Below are positions 1-7,479 of a stretch of 64,000 nt of DNA, one piece after another; positions within the stretch are counted from its first letter, which is position 1; every line of letters starts with the position of its first letter. The notes under the pieces were generated by a model. It saw only the letters and a list, made by a program, of their open reading frames with translations. It had not been told where the DNA came from and made no database searches. The position numbers and the translations under genes are program-made. The DNA comes from Acidobacteriota bacterium (GTDB lineage: Bacteria > Acidobacteriota > Thermoanaerobaculia > Multivoradales > UBA5704), in assembly GCA_040005235.1 (NCBI GenBank), contig JBDTZG010000007.1, forward strand, positions 73,206-137,205, given 5' to 3'.

Positions 1-1
1 G

Positions 2-238
2 GCGACTCTGTGGCAGCGCCAAGGTTTGGCATCCGAAGCGGTGCGCGAAACCCTCGCCATGCTGTTCGAGAACACGGAAGTCGCCCAGGTCATCGCGATC
101 ACCGATACGCGCAACCTGGCTTCGATCCGTCTGCTCGAACGGGTGGGCTTTCTGTTGAGCCGGACGATCCCCGCCTCCTTTCGCGGCGAGCCGTGCACCG
201 AGCACGTGTTCGTGCTGGGTCGTTCCGTCAAAACCTGA
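2..238 (+). CDS. RimJ/RimL-type GNAT N-acetyltransferase, C-terminal part (runs off the window start)
   Basis: Open frame from base 2: LWQRQGLASEAV (acetyl-CoA motif A) and NLASIRLLERVGF. Confidence 0.8.
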   Translation, partial: ATLWQRQGLASEAVRETLAMLFENTEVAQVIAITDTRNLASIRLLERVGFLLSRTIPASFRGEPCTEHVFVLGRSVKT

Positions 239-328
239 AGCCGGCACCCCGCCCTAGGTCGAATGAAGCTGGCCGTTGTGCGGGATGCCGCCCGGGATGC
301 CGCCGAGGTCGTCGATAGCTTGCCGGGC

Positions 329-1603
329 TTAGGCGCGCACCCGCCGTCGTCGCAGGATCACGAACGCCCCGGCCGCGAGAAGCGCCGCGAGCGCCGCGAG
401 GCCCGGGACCCCGAGGGCCGGGACGGCGAGCACTCCGGCCGAGAGATCCACCCGGTAGTCTTCGACCTCGCCGCCGCCTTGGGCCGGACCGTCGGGGCCG
501 AGGACGCCGTTGGACGAGACGCGGAATCGCGCATAGGAAGTGCCCGTGGACAAGGTGCAGGGCACCGGGACCGAAAGCGTGTTCGCCCCGGGAACCAGCG
601 TGAGCCGCGTTGCGATCACTTCGCCGAAGTCGTTGAAGTCGCCATCGCGGTTCCAGTCGATCCAGGCGTCGAGCCGCTCGGTGAAGCTCGCGACGATCGT
701 GAGATCGGCGATCTCGCAGGCCACCAAGGGGGGGATCGTCACGCCGTCCTCGTCGTCTCCCGGCGTGGCGCAGGTGCCGGTGGTGAGGTTGCCCGGGGCG
801 TTGTCGTCGCCCGTTCCGTCGAACGGCATGCGGGCGCCCGATTCGGAATCGACGCAGGCGCCGAGGTAGAGAGGGTTGCCTCCCACCGAGTGGGTCGGCC
901 CGTTCGAAGCCAGAGCCGTGCCGTAACTGTCGGGCGCGTCGCCGAAATCGACCTCTTCAACCGTAAGGGTGTAGTCCTCGACCTCGCCGTCGGCCGCGGG
1001 GCCGGCCGGGCCGAGACCGCCGGCCGAGCTGATACGAAAGCGGGCGTAGGACGTTCCGGCCGAGGTGCCGCATGGCACGGGGACGTTCAAGGTGCTCGGC
1101 CCGGCCGGCACGGCGAGATTCGTCGCGATCTGCTCGCCCGCGTCGAGAAAGTCGCCGTCGCGATTCCAGTCGATCCAGGCGTCGAGCTGACCGGGCAAGC
1201 TCGCGGTGATCCCGATCTGATTCGATTGGCAGGCGACAAACGTCGAGGCGGGAAAGGTCACGCCGTCCTCGTCGTCGCCGGTATCGCAGGACCCGATCGG
1301 CACCCCAAGGTCCGCATCGTCGCCCGTGCCGTCGAAGGGCATTCGGGCATCGTTTTCGGCGTCGGCGCAGGAACCGAGCAATAGGAGCGAATTGAACGGA
1401 TCGAGCACGTGCCGCGCGCCGTTGGCGGCGAGCGACGTGCCGTAGCTGTCGGGGGCGTCGCCGAAGTCGATCCCCCCGACTACGCCGCGGCCCATTGCGG
1501 CTCCAATCGGTGTCGCCCCGATGGCCCCGAGCGCCGCGAGAGCGCAGAGCATTAGCGCGATGCTGCGCGCTCCGGTAAGCCTACACGCTGAAAATCGAGT
1601 CAT
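329..1603 (-). CDS. Secreted surface protein with two GEVED-domain repeats and an IPTL-CTERM-like sorting tail
   Basis: Signal peptide; two DFGDAPDSYGT...AWIDWNRDGDF...YARFR...GEVEDY repeats; C-terminal VPAL + TM helix + RRRR. Confidence 0.85.
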   Translation of the reverse strand: MTRFSACRLTGARSIALMLCALAALGAIGATPIGAAMGRGVVGGIDFGDAPDSYGTSLAANGARHVLDPFNSLLLLGSCADAENDARMPFDGTGDDADLGVPIGSCDTGDDEDGVTFPASTFVACQSNQIGITASLPGQLDAWIDWNRDGDFLDAGEQIATNLAVPAGPSTLNVPVPCGTSAGTSYARFRISSAGGLGPAGPAADGEVEDYTLTVEEVDFGDAPDSYGTALASNGPTHSVGGNPLYLGACVDSESGARMPFDGTGDDNAPGNLTTGTCATPGDDEDGVTIPPLVACEIADLTIVASFTERLDAWIDWNRDGDFNDFGEVIATRLTLVPGANTLSVPVPCTLSTGTSYARFRVSSNGVLGPDGPAQGGGEVEDYRVDLSAGVLAVPALGVPGLAALAALLAAGAFVILRRRRVRA

Positions 1604-1660
1604 ACGGTCTCCCCAATGTTTCCGCTCCTCGCGTGAAATCGAAGGATAGCTTTACTGCCG

Positions 1661-2482
1661 TCAGAATGGATGCTCGAAGCTCAGATAAAGAAAAATCGCC
1701 TTCTCGCCGTCGCTCGGGCCGACGCCGATCGGGAAGGCGATGCCGGGCACAATCTGCAATCCGCTCGGGAAGTTGTACGACCAACGGATTCCCGGGCTGA
1801 TCGTCAGGCTCTCGGATTTTTCGGTGCGACCTTTGGAGATCGTCGACTCCTCGTTCGCATACACGGCTTCGAGCATCAGGTTGACGCGCGGATGGACCGC
1901 CCAGATCAAGCTCTGTCCGAACTGGGGGGTAAAGTTGTCGGCCTTGTCGCCGAATTCGTCCTCGGCGTTGGGCGTCCAGGTGAAGCCCACGTTGGTATGA
2001 GCCGAAAGATGGGGCGAAACGACCACCGATAGCGGCAAGTTCACCTGCAAGCCGGCCGCTCCCGCGCCGCGTCCCTTTTTCTCGTCGCCGGTCGGCAACA
2101 GCAGTGTGAGCCGAGGCGAAAACGCGACCGGCGCGTTGCCGTCACCGACCAGTTGGTACCGGTAGTTGATCGCAAGGTCACCCTGACCGCCGTCGCCGCC
2201 ATCGATCCCACGATCCGCATGGTCCCAAGCGAGCGTGTAGCTCAGCTGGTGCTTCGGGGAGAGGAACGGCCATTCCTGGGTGAACGTCGCGTTCCAGTCG
2301 TGGCTGTCGCGATCCTGCTCCCAGGTGGTGATGTGCTGAACCACGCCCATCTCTTGGTTGTAGGCCTCTTCGATCAGGAACGAGTTGTCCTGGATCGGCG
2401 GGACCTCGTCGGAAGCTTGAGCAAATGTCGGGGCGGCGAGCAGGAGGGCCAAAGGGAGCGAGAGGAGGGCGAGAGGGCGCAT
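1661..2482 (-). CDS. Outer-membrane beta-barrel protein (MetA-pathway/transporter-like)
   Basis: Signal peptide, amphipathic beta pattern, C-terminal ...LYLSFEHPF. Confidence 0.65.
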   Translation of the reverse strand: MRPLALLSLPLALLLAAPTFAQASDEVPPIQDNSFLIEEAYNQEMGVVQHITTWEQDRDSHDWNATFTQEWPFLSPKHQLSYTLAWDHADRGIDGGDGGQGDLAINYRYQLVGDGNAPVAFSPRLTLLLPTGDEKKGRGAGAAGLQVNLPLSVVVSPHLSAHTNVGFTWTPNAEDEFGDKADNFTPQFGQSLIWAVHPRVNLMLEAVYANEESTISKGRTEKSESLTISPGIRWSYNFPSGLQIVPGIAFPIGVGPSDGEKAIFLYLSFEHPF

Positions 2483-2494
2483 GCTGCAATTATC

Positions 2495-3646
2495 TCAGAT
2501 CACCACTTCCCGCGCCGGCTCGCGAAGGTTGTAGTGGGAGCTCATCGAATGGCCGTAGGCCCCGGCGGTGGCAATCAGGAGGACGTCTCCCTCGTGGGTT
2601 TCGGGGAGTAGGCGATCGACTCCGAGGACGTCGCCGGTTTCGCAGATCGGGCCGACGATCTCGACCCGCGCGGTCGGGAGCTCGCCCCAGCGGGTGAGGT
2701 TCACGATCTCTTGGTGGGCGCCGTAGAGCATCGGCCGGATCAGGGAGTTCATCCCGGTGTCGACGCCGACGTAGCGGTTTTCGCCCTTGCCCTTCACTTG
2801 AGTGACCGTCGCGAGCAGGACCCCGGCTTCGGCCACGAGGTAGCGGCCGGGTTCGAGCCAGAGTTGAAAGCGACGCCCGGAGGTTTCCAAGTTCCTGCCT
2901 AGCGCGCGAAGCGCTTCGGCGAGCGGGGCGAGATCGAGCCGCGGTCGGTTCGCCTGGTCGGGAACGCCCAGACCGCCGCCTAGATCGAGCACAGACACCT
3001 CGGGAAAGAGCGCGGTCGCGTCCGCGAGATCGAGAGCGGTCTCGCGCCACACCTCGGGGTCGAGAATGCCGCTGCCGGCGTGGCTGTGGAGGCCCCTGAT
3101 GCGCACTCCCGCGCGACAGGCGAGATCCGCCAGCTCCGGCCACTCTTCGCGCGGGATGCCGAACTTCGACTGCGCTCCGGCGGTGCGGACGTGGGAATGG
3201 TGCCCCGCGCCGCGGCCGAGATCGAGGCGGACGAAGACCTCGCGGCCGGTCAGGCTCTCCTGCCAGTGAAGGAGCGGATGCAGGCTGTCGAGCGTCAGGT
3301 GGACGCCGGTTTCCAGCGCCTGCTCGTACTCGAGGCGCGGGGCGAAATTCGGCGTGAACAGAATTCGATCCGGCGAGACCTCGGGGCAGGCTTGGAGTAC
3401 GCGCTCGATCTCGCCGGGCGAGACGCTCTCGAAGCCGAGCCCGAGCCGGGCGAACCTTCGGAGGATCTCCGGGTGCGGGTTCGCCTTCACCGCGTAGAGA
3501 AGGCGATCGAACACCCCGAGCGCCGCAAGCTCCGCGGCGGCGCGGTCGAGGCTCGCGAGATCGTAGACGTAGGCGGGACTGGCCTCAGCGGCGAGTGCGA
3601 GCAGCTCGGCGCGCCGGATGAGCCACCAGGGCTCGAAGTCGTTCAC
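2495..3646 (-). CDS. lysA: Diaminopimelate decarboxylase
   Basis: YAVKANPH (PLP lysine), SKFG, LHSHAGS, LDLGGG, LEPGRYLVA, GPICETGD, GAYGHSMSSHYN. Confidence 0.9.
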   Translation of the reverse strand: MNDFEPWWLIRRAELLALAAEASPAYVYDLASLDRAAAELAALGVFDRLLYAVKANPHPEILRRFARLGLGFESVSPGEIERVLQACPEVSPDRILFTPNFAPRLEYEQALETGVHLTLDSLHPLLHWQESLTGREVFVRLDLGRGAGHHSHVRTAGAQSKFGIPREEWPELADLACRAGVRIRGLHSHAGSGILDPEVWRETALDLADATALFPEVSVLDLGGGLGVPDQANRPRLDLAPLAEALRALGRNLETSGRRFQLWLEPGRYLVAEAGVLLATVTQVKGKGENRYVGVDTGMNSLIRPMLYGAHQEIVNLTRWGELPTARVEIVGPICETGDVLGVDRLLPETHEGDVLLIATAGAYGHSMSSHYNLREPAREVVI

Positions 3647-3650
3647 CGGC

Positions 3651-5018
3651 TTAATGTTCCGGCAGTTCCACGGACGATTCGGACTGCACGGTGGCGCGCA
3701 GGGTTTTGACCCGATGCCCGTCGATCGCGATCACTTCGAGCAGCAGGGGGCCGAGCACGATCGAGTCGCCGACCTGCGGCACGCGGCCCAGCTCGGAAAG
3801 GACGACGCCGCCGATCGTGTCCTCGTCGCGCTCCGACAGCTCCAGGTCCAGCTCGTCTTCGAGGTCCTCGACCAGCATCGCGCCGGAGACGTGGTAGACC
3901 CCGTCGCTCCCCGCGAGCCCTTCCAGCTCCGCTGGTTCGCGGTCGAATTCGTCCTGGATCTCGCCGACGATCTCCTCGATCACGTTTTCCAGCGTGACGA
4001 TGCCTGAGACCCCGCCGTATTCGTCCATCACCGCCGCCAGGTGGAACTTCTCGGCGCGCATCCGCTTGAGCAGGCGGTCGAGCTCCAGCGTTTCGGGAAC
4101 GAAGACGATCGGCCGCGCAATGTCCTGGATCTTCGCGATCGGCCGGTCGGCGCGGAAAATATCCTTGATGTGGACGATCGCGATGGGGTGGTCGAGATCG
4201 CCTTCGCAAAGCGGAAAACGGGTGTGGCCGGAGCGCCGCGCGATCCGCAGGTTCTCATCCAACGGCCGTTCGGTCGACAGATAGATCACGTCGCCGCGCG
4301 GCACCATGATCTGCCGCGCCACCCGGTGCGACAGCTCGAAGATGTTGTCCAGCAGCTCGCGCTTCTGAATCGACAGGTCGCCCGCCTGCGGCCCGGAGAG
4401 AAGCAGCCGCAGCTCCTCCTCGTCGTGCGCCAGCTCGCTTTCTGATGCCGGCTGCAGGCCGACCATTCGCAGCAGCCCCTGCGCCGCCTTGTTGAGCAGC
4501 CAGATCGCCGGATAGGTCACCTTGTAGAACGCGAACAGAGGCAAGGCGATGAAGAGGCTGGTCGCCTCCGGCTTGCGGATCGCGACGGTCTTCGGCGCCT
4601 GCTCGCCGAGGACGATGTGAAGAATGGTAATCGCCAGGAACGACAGGGTCACGGCGGCCGAATGGACGAGCACCGGGTTGGTCCCGCCGGTGATCCAATC
4701 GACCACCGGGGCGACCAGCCAGGCGAAGGCCGGCTCGCCCACCCAGCCGAGCGCCAAGCTCGCGAGCGTAATGCCGAGCTGGGTGGCCGAGAGGTAGGCG
4801 TCGAGATGGCGCAGCATGTGCCGCGCGATCTCGGCGCTCTTTCCCCCTTCGGCGGCGAGAGGATCGAGCTGCGTCGGCCGCACCTTGACCAGCGCGAACT
4901 CGGCGGCGACGAAAAAACCGTTCAAGAGGATCAGGGCCGCGGCGAGCAAAAGCCCCGTCCAAGGCGCGCTAGGAGCCGCCTCGCCGGGTACAGCCGCCAG
5001 GATCAATAAAGGGATCAT
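3651..5018 (-). CDS. HlyC/CorC family (CNNM-CBS-CorC) hemolysin-like Mg/Co transporter
   Basis: NGFFVAAEFALV, QLGIT, GEQAPK, CBS pair (GHTRFP, DEYGG...GIVTLE), C-terminal CorC domain. Confidence 0.9.
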   Translation of the reverse strand: MIPLLILAAVPGEAAPSAPWTGLLLAAALILLNGFFVAAEFALVKVRPTQLDPLAAEGGKSAEIARHMLRHLDAYLSATQLGITLASLALGWVGEPAFAWLVAPVVDWITGGTNPVLVHSAAVTLSFLAITILHIVLGEQAPKTVAIRKPEATSLFIALPLFAFYKVTYPAIWLLNKAAQGLLRMVGLQPASESELAHDEEELRLLLSGPQAGDLSIQKRELLDNIFELSHRVARQIMVPRGDVIYLSTERPLDENLRIARRSGHTRFPLCEGDLDHPIAIVHIKDIFRADRPIAKIQDIARPIVFVPETLELDRLLKRMRAEKFHLAAVMDEYGGVSGIVTLENVIEEIVGEIQDEFDREPAELEGLAGSDGVYHVSGAMLVEDLEDELDLELSERDEDTIGGVVLSELGRVPQVGDSIVLGPLLLEVIAIDGHRVKTLRATVQSESSVELPEH

Positions 5019-5135
5019 CGGTTACAGGAGGGGGATATGCTGGGTGCCCGGCCGATCCGGCAGGCGCCAAAGCGCAGCCGAAGGGTGGTGTACGAACTCG
5101 GAGGGTCGTCGTTCAAAGCGCGATCGAGTCTAGCA

Positions 5136-5921
5136 TTACTCCGAAAACGGCGCGCTTCTGACCCGCCCCGCGAACCCCAGCCGGCAAAGTCCAGCCAAGC
5201 GGGTATGCGAGTGCAATCCCGCATCGCACAAGAGCGTCGCGGCCAACTCCTTTGACAGCCCGAGCCGCGGATGCCGCTCGAGTACTTCTGCCCGCGTCGC
5301 CGCCGCGACCTCGCCGAAGCGCAGCCCCACGACGTCGAGCCCGGAGCCCTGGCGTAGCAGGTGCGCTTCGGGGCCTTCTTCCCTCGAAACGGTCGGATTT
5401 AGATGCAGGCAGATCGCCTCGGCAAGGATCTCGGCGCGAAGCGTGGTCCACCCCTCCCGCCGGGCGAAGCGCTCCGCCGCCTCGGCACCCGAAAGGGCGA
5501 AGCAGGCGACCTGGCCCTGCGGAGCGAATCTCTCGGTGAGGCCAAGGTCGTGCAGCAGACTCGCGACGTAGAACAGCTCGGCGTCGTACCTCACTCCGTC
5601 GCGCGCGGCGAGGAGAGCGCCCCAGAGATAGGTGCGGTGGCAATGATCGGCGAGCGCCGGGGTTGAATGTTCTGTGCAAAGGGCTGCGGCGGCGACCGCG
5701 ATCGGCGTACCCGGCAGCGGGATCTCCCCGAGCGCCAGGGCGATCTGCTTCGGACCGGCAAAACCCAGCCGGCGCAGAGCGCGTTCGGTTTCAGAACGCA
5801 GAGTCCGGCCGATCGTCGCCCGGGCGTAGGCGAACCTCTCGCCCGCGCTTAGGCGCCCGCCATTGCGTCGAGCCCAAGCGAGCGCCCCTATGCGGCTTCG
5901 GTGATCGGATTCGTCGGTCAC
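5136..5921 (-). CDS. HD-domain metal-dependent hydrolase (cyanamide hydratase-like)
   Basis: HCHRTY...LLHDLG...EAICLH; GTG start at 5921 preceded by GAGGAG. Confidence 0.75.
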   Translation of the reverse strand: MTDESDHRSRIGALAWARRNGGRLSAGERFAYARATIGRTLRSETERALRRLGFAGPKQIALALGEIPLPGTPIAVAAAALCTEHSTPALADHCHRTYLWGALLAARDGVRYDAELFYVASLLHDLGLTERFAPQGQVACFALSGAEAAERFARREGWTTLRAEILAEAICLHLNPTVSREEGPEAHLLRQGSGLDVVGLRFGEVAAATRAEVLERHPRLGLSKELAATLLCDAGLHSHTRLAGLCRLGFAGRVRSAPFSE

Positions 5922-5940
5922 AGGATTCTCCTCTAAGGAT

Positions 5941-5952
5941 ACGGACGTTCGT
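5941..5952. promoter_or_regulatory. Putative TetR operator (copy 1)
   Basis: ACGGACGTTCGT, near-palindrome, identical to 6603-6614; lies upstream of the HD gene. Confidence 0.6.
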
Positions 5953-5995
5953 GTTTTATGGGACCCCAAGGCTACATCAGGACAGAAAAGCGCTT

Positions 5996-6586
5996 CTACG
6001 CCGCGCTCCTCACGAGTAGATCGTTCGAAGCGGCTCGTGCCAGGGCAAAACCTTCTTCCGTCTTCCCCAGACCGCGCCAGACCAGCACGCCGAGTTGCGA
6101 GCTCAAGAGCTCGAAAGCGAAGCGCCGTGAATTGAGCTCCGCCCGCAGCTCGCCGCGCGCAATTGCTTCCACCGCCAGGCGCTCGATCAGGTCGAGATAC
6201 CGCCCATACTGTCCGGCGACCGCGCCTCGCGCCTCTACCTCCTCCAGATTGTCCAACTCCAACAGAGCATTGGTGAAGAAGCAGCCCCCTTCGAACGTCT
6301 CGGCCGCCAGATAGGAGAACCAGGCGTCGGTGAGGGTGCGCAGCCGTTCGAGCCCGGGCGGGCGGGCAAAGATCGGTTCGACCACGGCGCCGCGGAAGAT
6401 CTCTGCCGCCCGCTCGACCACCGCGGCCTGAAGCGTGGCTTTGGAAGGGAAGTGCGCGCAGATCCCCCCCTTCGACATCGCGACCGCCGCCGCGACGCCG
6501 CCGATTGAAAGCCCGTCCAAACCCTTCACCGAAGCGATCTGCACCGCCCGGTCGAGAATCGATTCCCGAGAATTGTCGCGCGCCAT
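5996..6586 (-). CDS. TetR/AcrR family transcriptional regulator
   Basis: N-terminal HTH (ILDRA...GLSIGGVA...SKGGICAHFPSK), GGCFF C-terminal domain. Confidence 0.92.
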   Translation of the reverse strand: MARDNSRESILDRAVQIASVKGLDGLSIGGVAAAVAMSKGGICAHFPSKATLQAAVVERAAEIFRGAVVEPIFARPPGLERLRTLTDAWFSYLAAETFEGGCFFTNALLELDNLEEVEARGAVAGQYGRYLDLIERLAVEAIARGELRAELNSRRFAFELLSSQLGVLVWRGLGKTEEGFALARAASNDLLVRSAA

Positions 6587-6602
6587 GGCAGGAGTCTACA
6601 AA

Positions 6603-6614
6603 ACGGACGTTCGT
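6603..6614. promoter_or_regulatory. Putative TetR operator (copy 2)
   Basis: ACGGACGTTCGT just upstream of a TAGACT -10-like box (6593-6598, minus strand) of tetR. Confidence 0.6.
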
Positions 6615-6629
6615 ATTTCAAGATGAGGG

Positions 6630-6657
6630 CCGGCGGGTGATCACGTTCACCCGCCGG
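6630..6657 (-). terminator. Stem-loop downstream of the small peptide gene
   Basis: CCGGCGGGTGA-tcacgt-TCACCCGCCGG, perfect 11-bp stem; no clear U-tract. Confidence 0.55.
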
Positions 6658-6668
6658 GGCTGCGAGGG

Positions 6669-6872
6669 TCAGTAGGGATTCACCGTACAACCCGCGCCGC
6701 AGGTGAGGACGATCGTCTGGGGCGGGCAGAACCTCGTGGGACAAAGGTTGGTCGGGCAGAACAGGCTCGGCGTGATTCCGATCTCGCCACCTTGGGCGGC
6801 CGCGAGCGGCGAGAGGTCGAGGACGGCGAGGGTTTCGCGGTGGAGGGTGAGACGGGAGGCTTTCTTCTTCAT
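6669..6872 (-). CDS. Putative RiPP (class I lanthipeptide-like) precursor peptide
   Basis: Leader MKKKASRLTLHRETL..L, double-Gly, core with 5 Cys and several Thr/Ser; GGAG RBS; downstream hairpin. Confidence 0.65.
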   Translation of the reverse strand: MKKKASRLTLHRETLAVLDLSPLAAAQGGEIGITPSLFCPTNLCPTRFCPPQTIVLTCGAGCTVNPY

Positions 6873-7122
6873 GGCTCGATCTCCAGAAGTTTTTGAGTGA
6901 AGCCGGCCTCCTCATGAGGCCGACCGCTGATCTGCGGAACGACCTTCACTTTAGGGGGCCGAGGCGAGGGGGCGCCTCTCCCGAAAGTCTGGATTTGGGG
7001 CAGACGAAAGTCAGGGTTGCGGGGACGATCGAGCCGCTCTTCGTGGCGAGCGAGTCGCACCAAGCGGCGCCGGCTTTCGCCGACGCCGATCCGAATCCGT
7101 AGGAGACCCTAGTAGGGTACTG

Positions 7123-7400
7123 GAGTGCCGAATTCGGTTTTCTGGGTGAGCGGAGCGTTTTTCTGAGTGCCGAATTCGCTTTGCGCCCTGGAAATTGACG
7201 TTTTGAGTCAGCCGAGGGGTTTCGGCGATCAGGAAACCGAATTCGGCGGTGAGCGAAGGGGTTTGCTGGCCGAGAAAAGGCCTCGCGGCGGTCAGAAAAT
7301 GGATTTGGCGGTCGCGAAGTGGATTCCGGAGTTAGAAAATCGAATTCGGCGCTCAGAAAAACGCTCCGCGCGCTCGCCAAAGCAAATTCGGCGCTCAGCT
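7123..7400. repeat. Degenerate 20-21 bp periodic array with CGAATTCG core; the two ends form an imperfect inverted repeat
   Basis: TCAGAAAA-like blocks at 7208,7229,7250,7271,7292,7312,7332,7353,7374,7395; 7123-7178 is approximately the reverse complement of 7341-7396. Confidence 0.65.
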
Positions 7401-7479
7401 TTCGGGGCTCGACGGTCGGAACCCTTCACCGGGATAGGATCTCCCCTCGTTCGATCACCCCCCGGGGAGGAGCCTCACC

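Noticed and set aside
263-1384. 373-aa plus-strand ORF with internal repeat
   Set aside because: Antisense mirror of the duplicated GEVED protein
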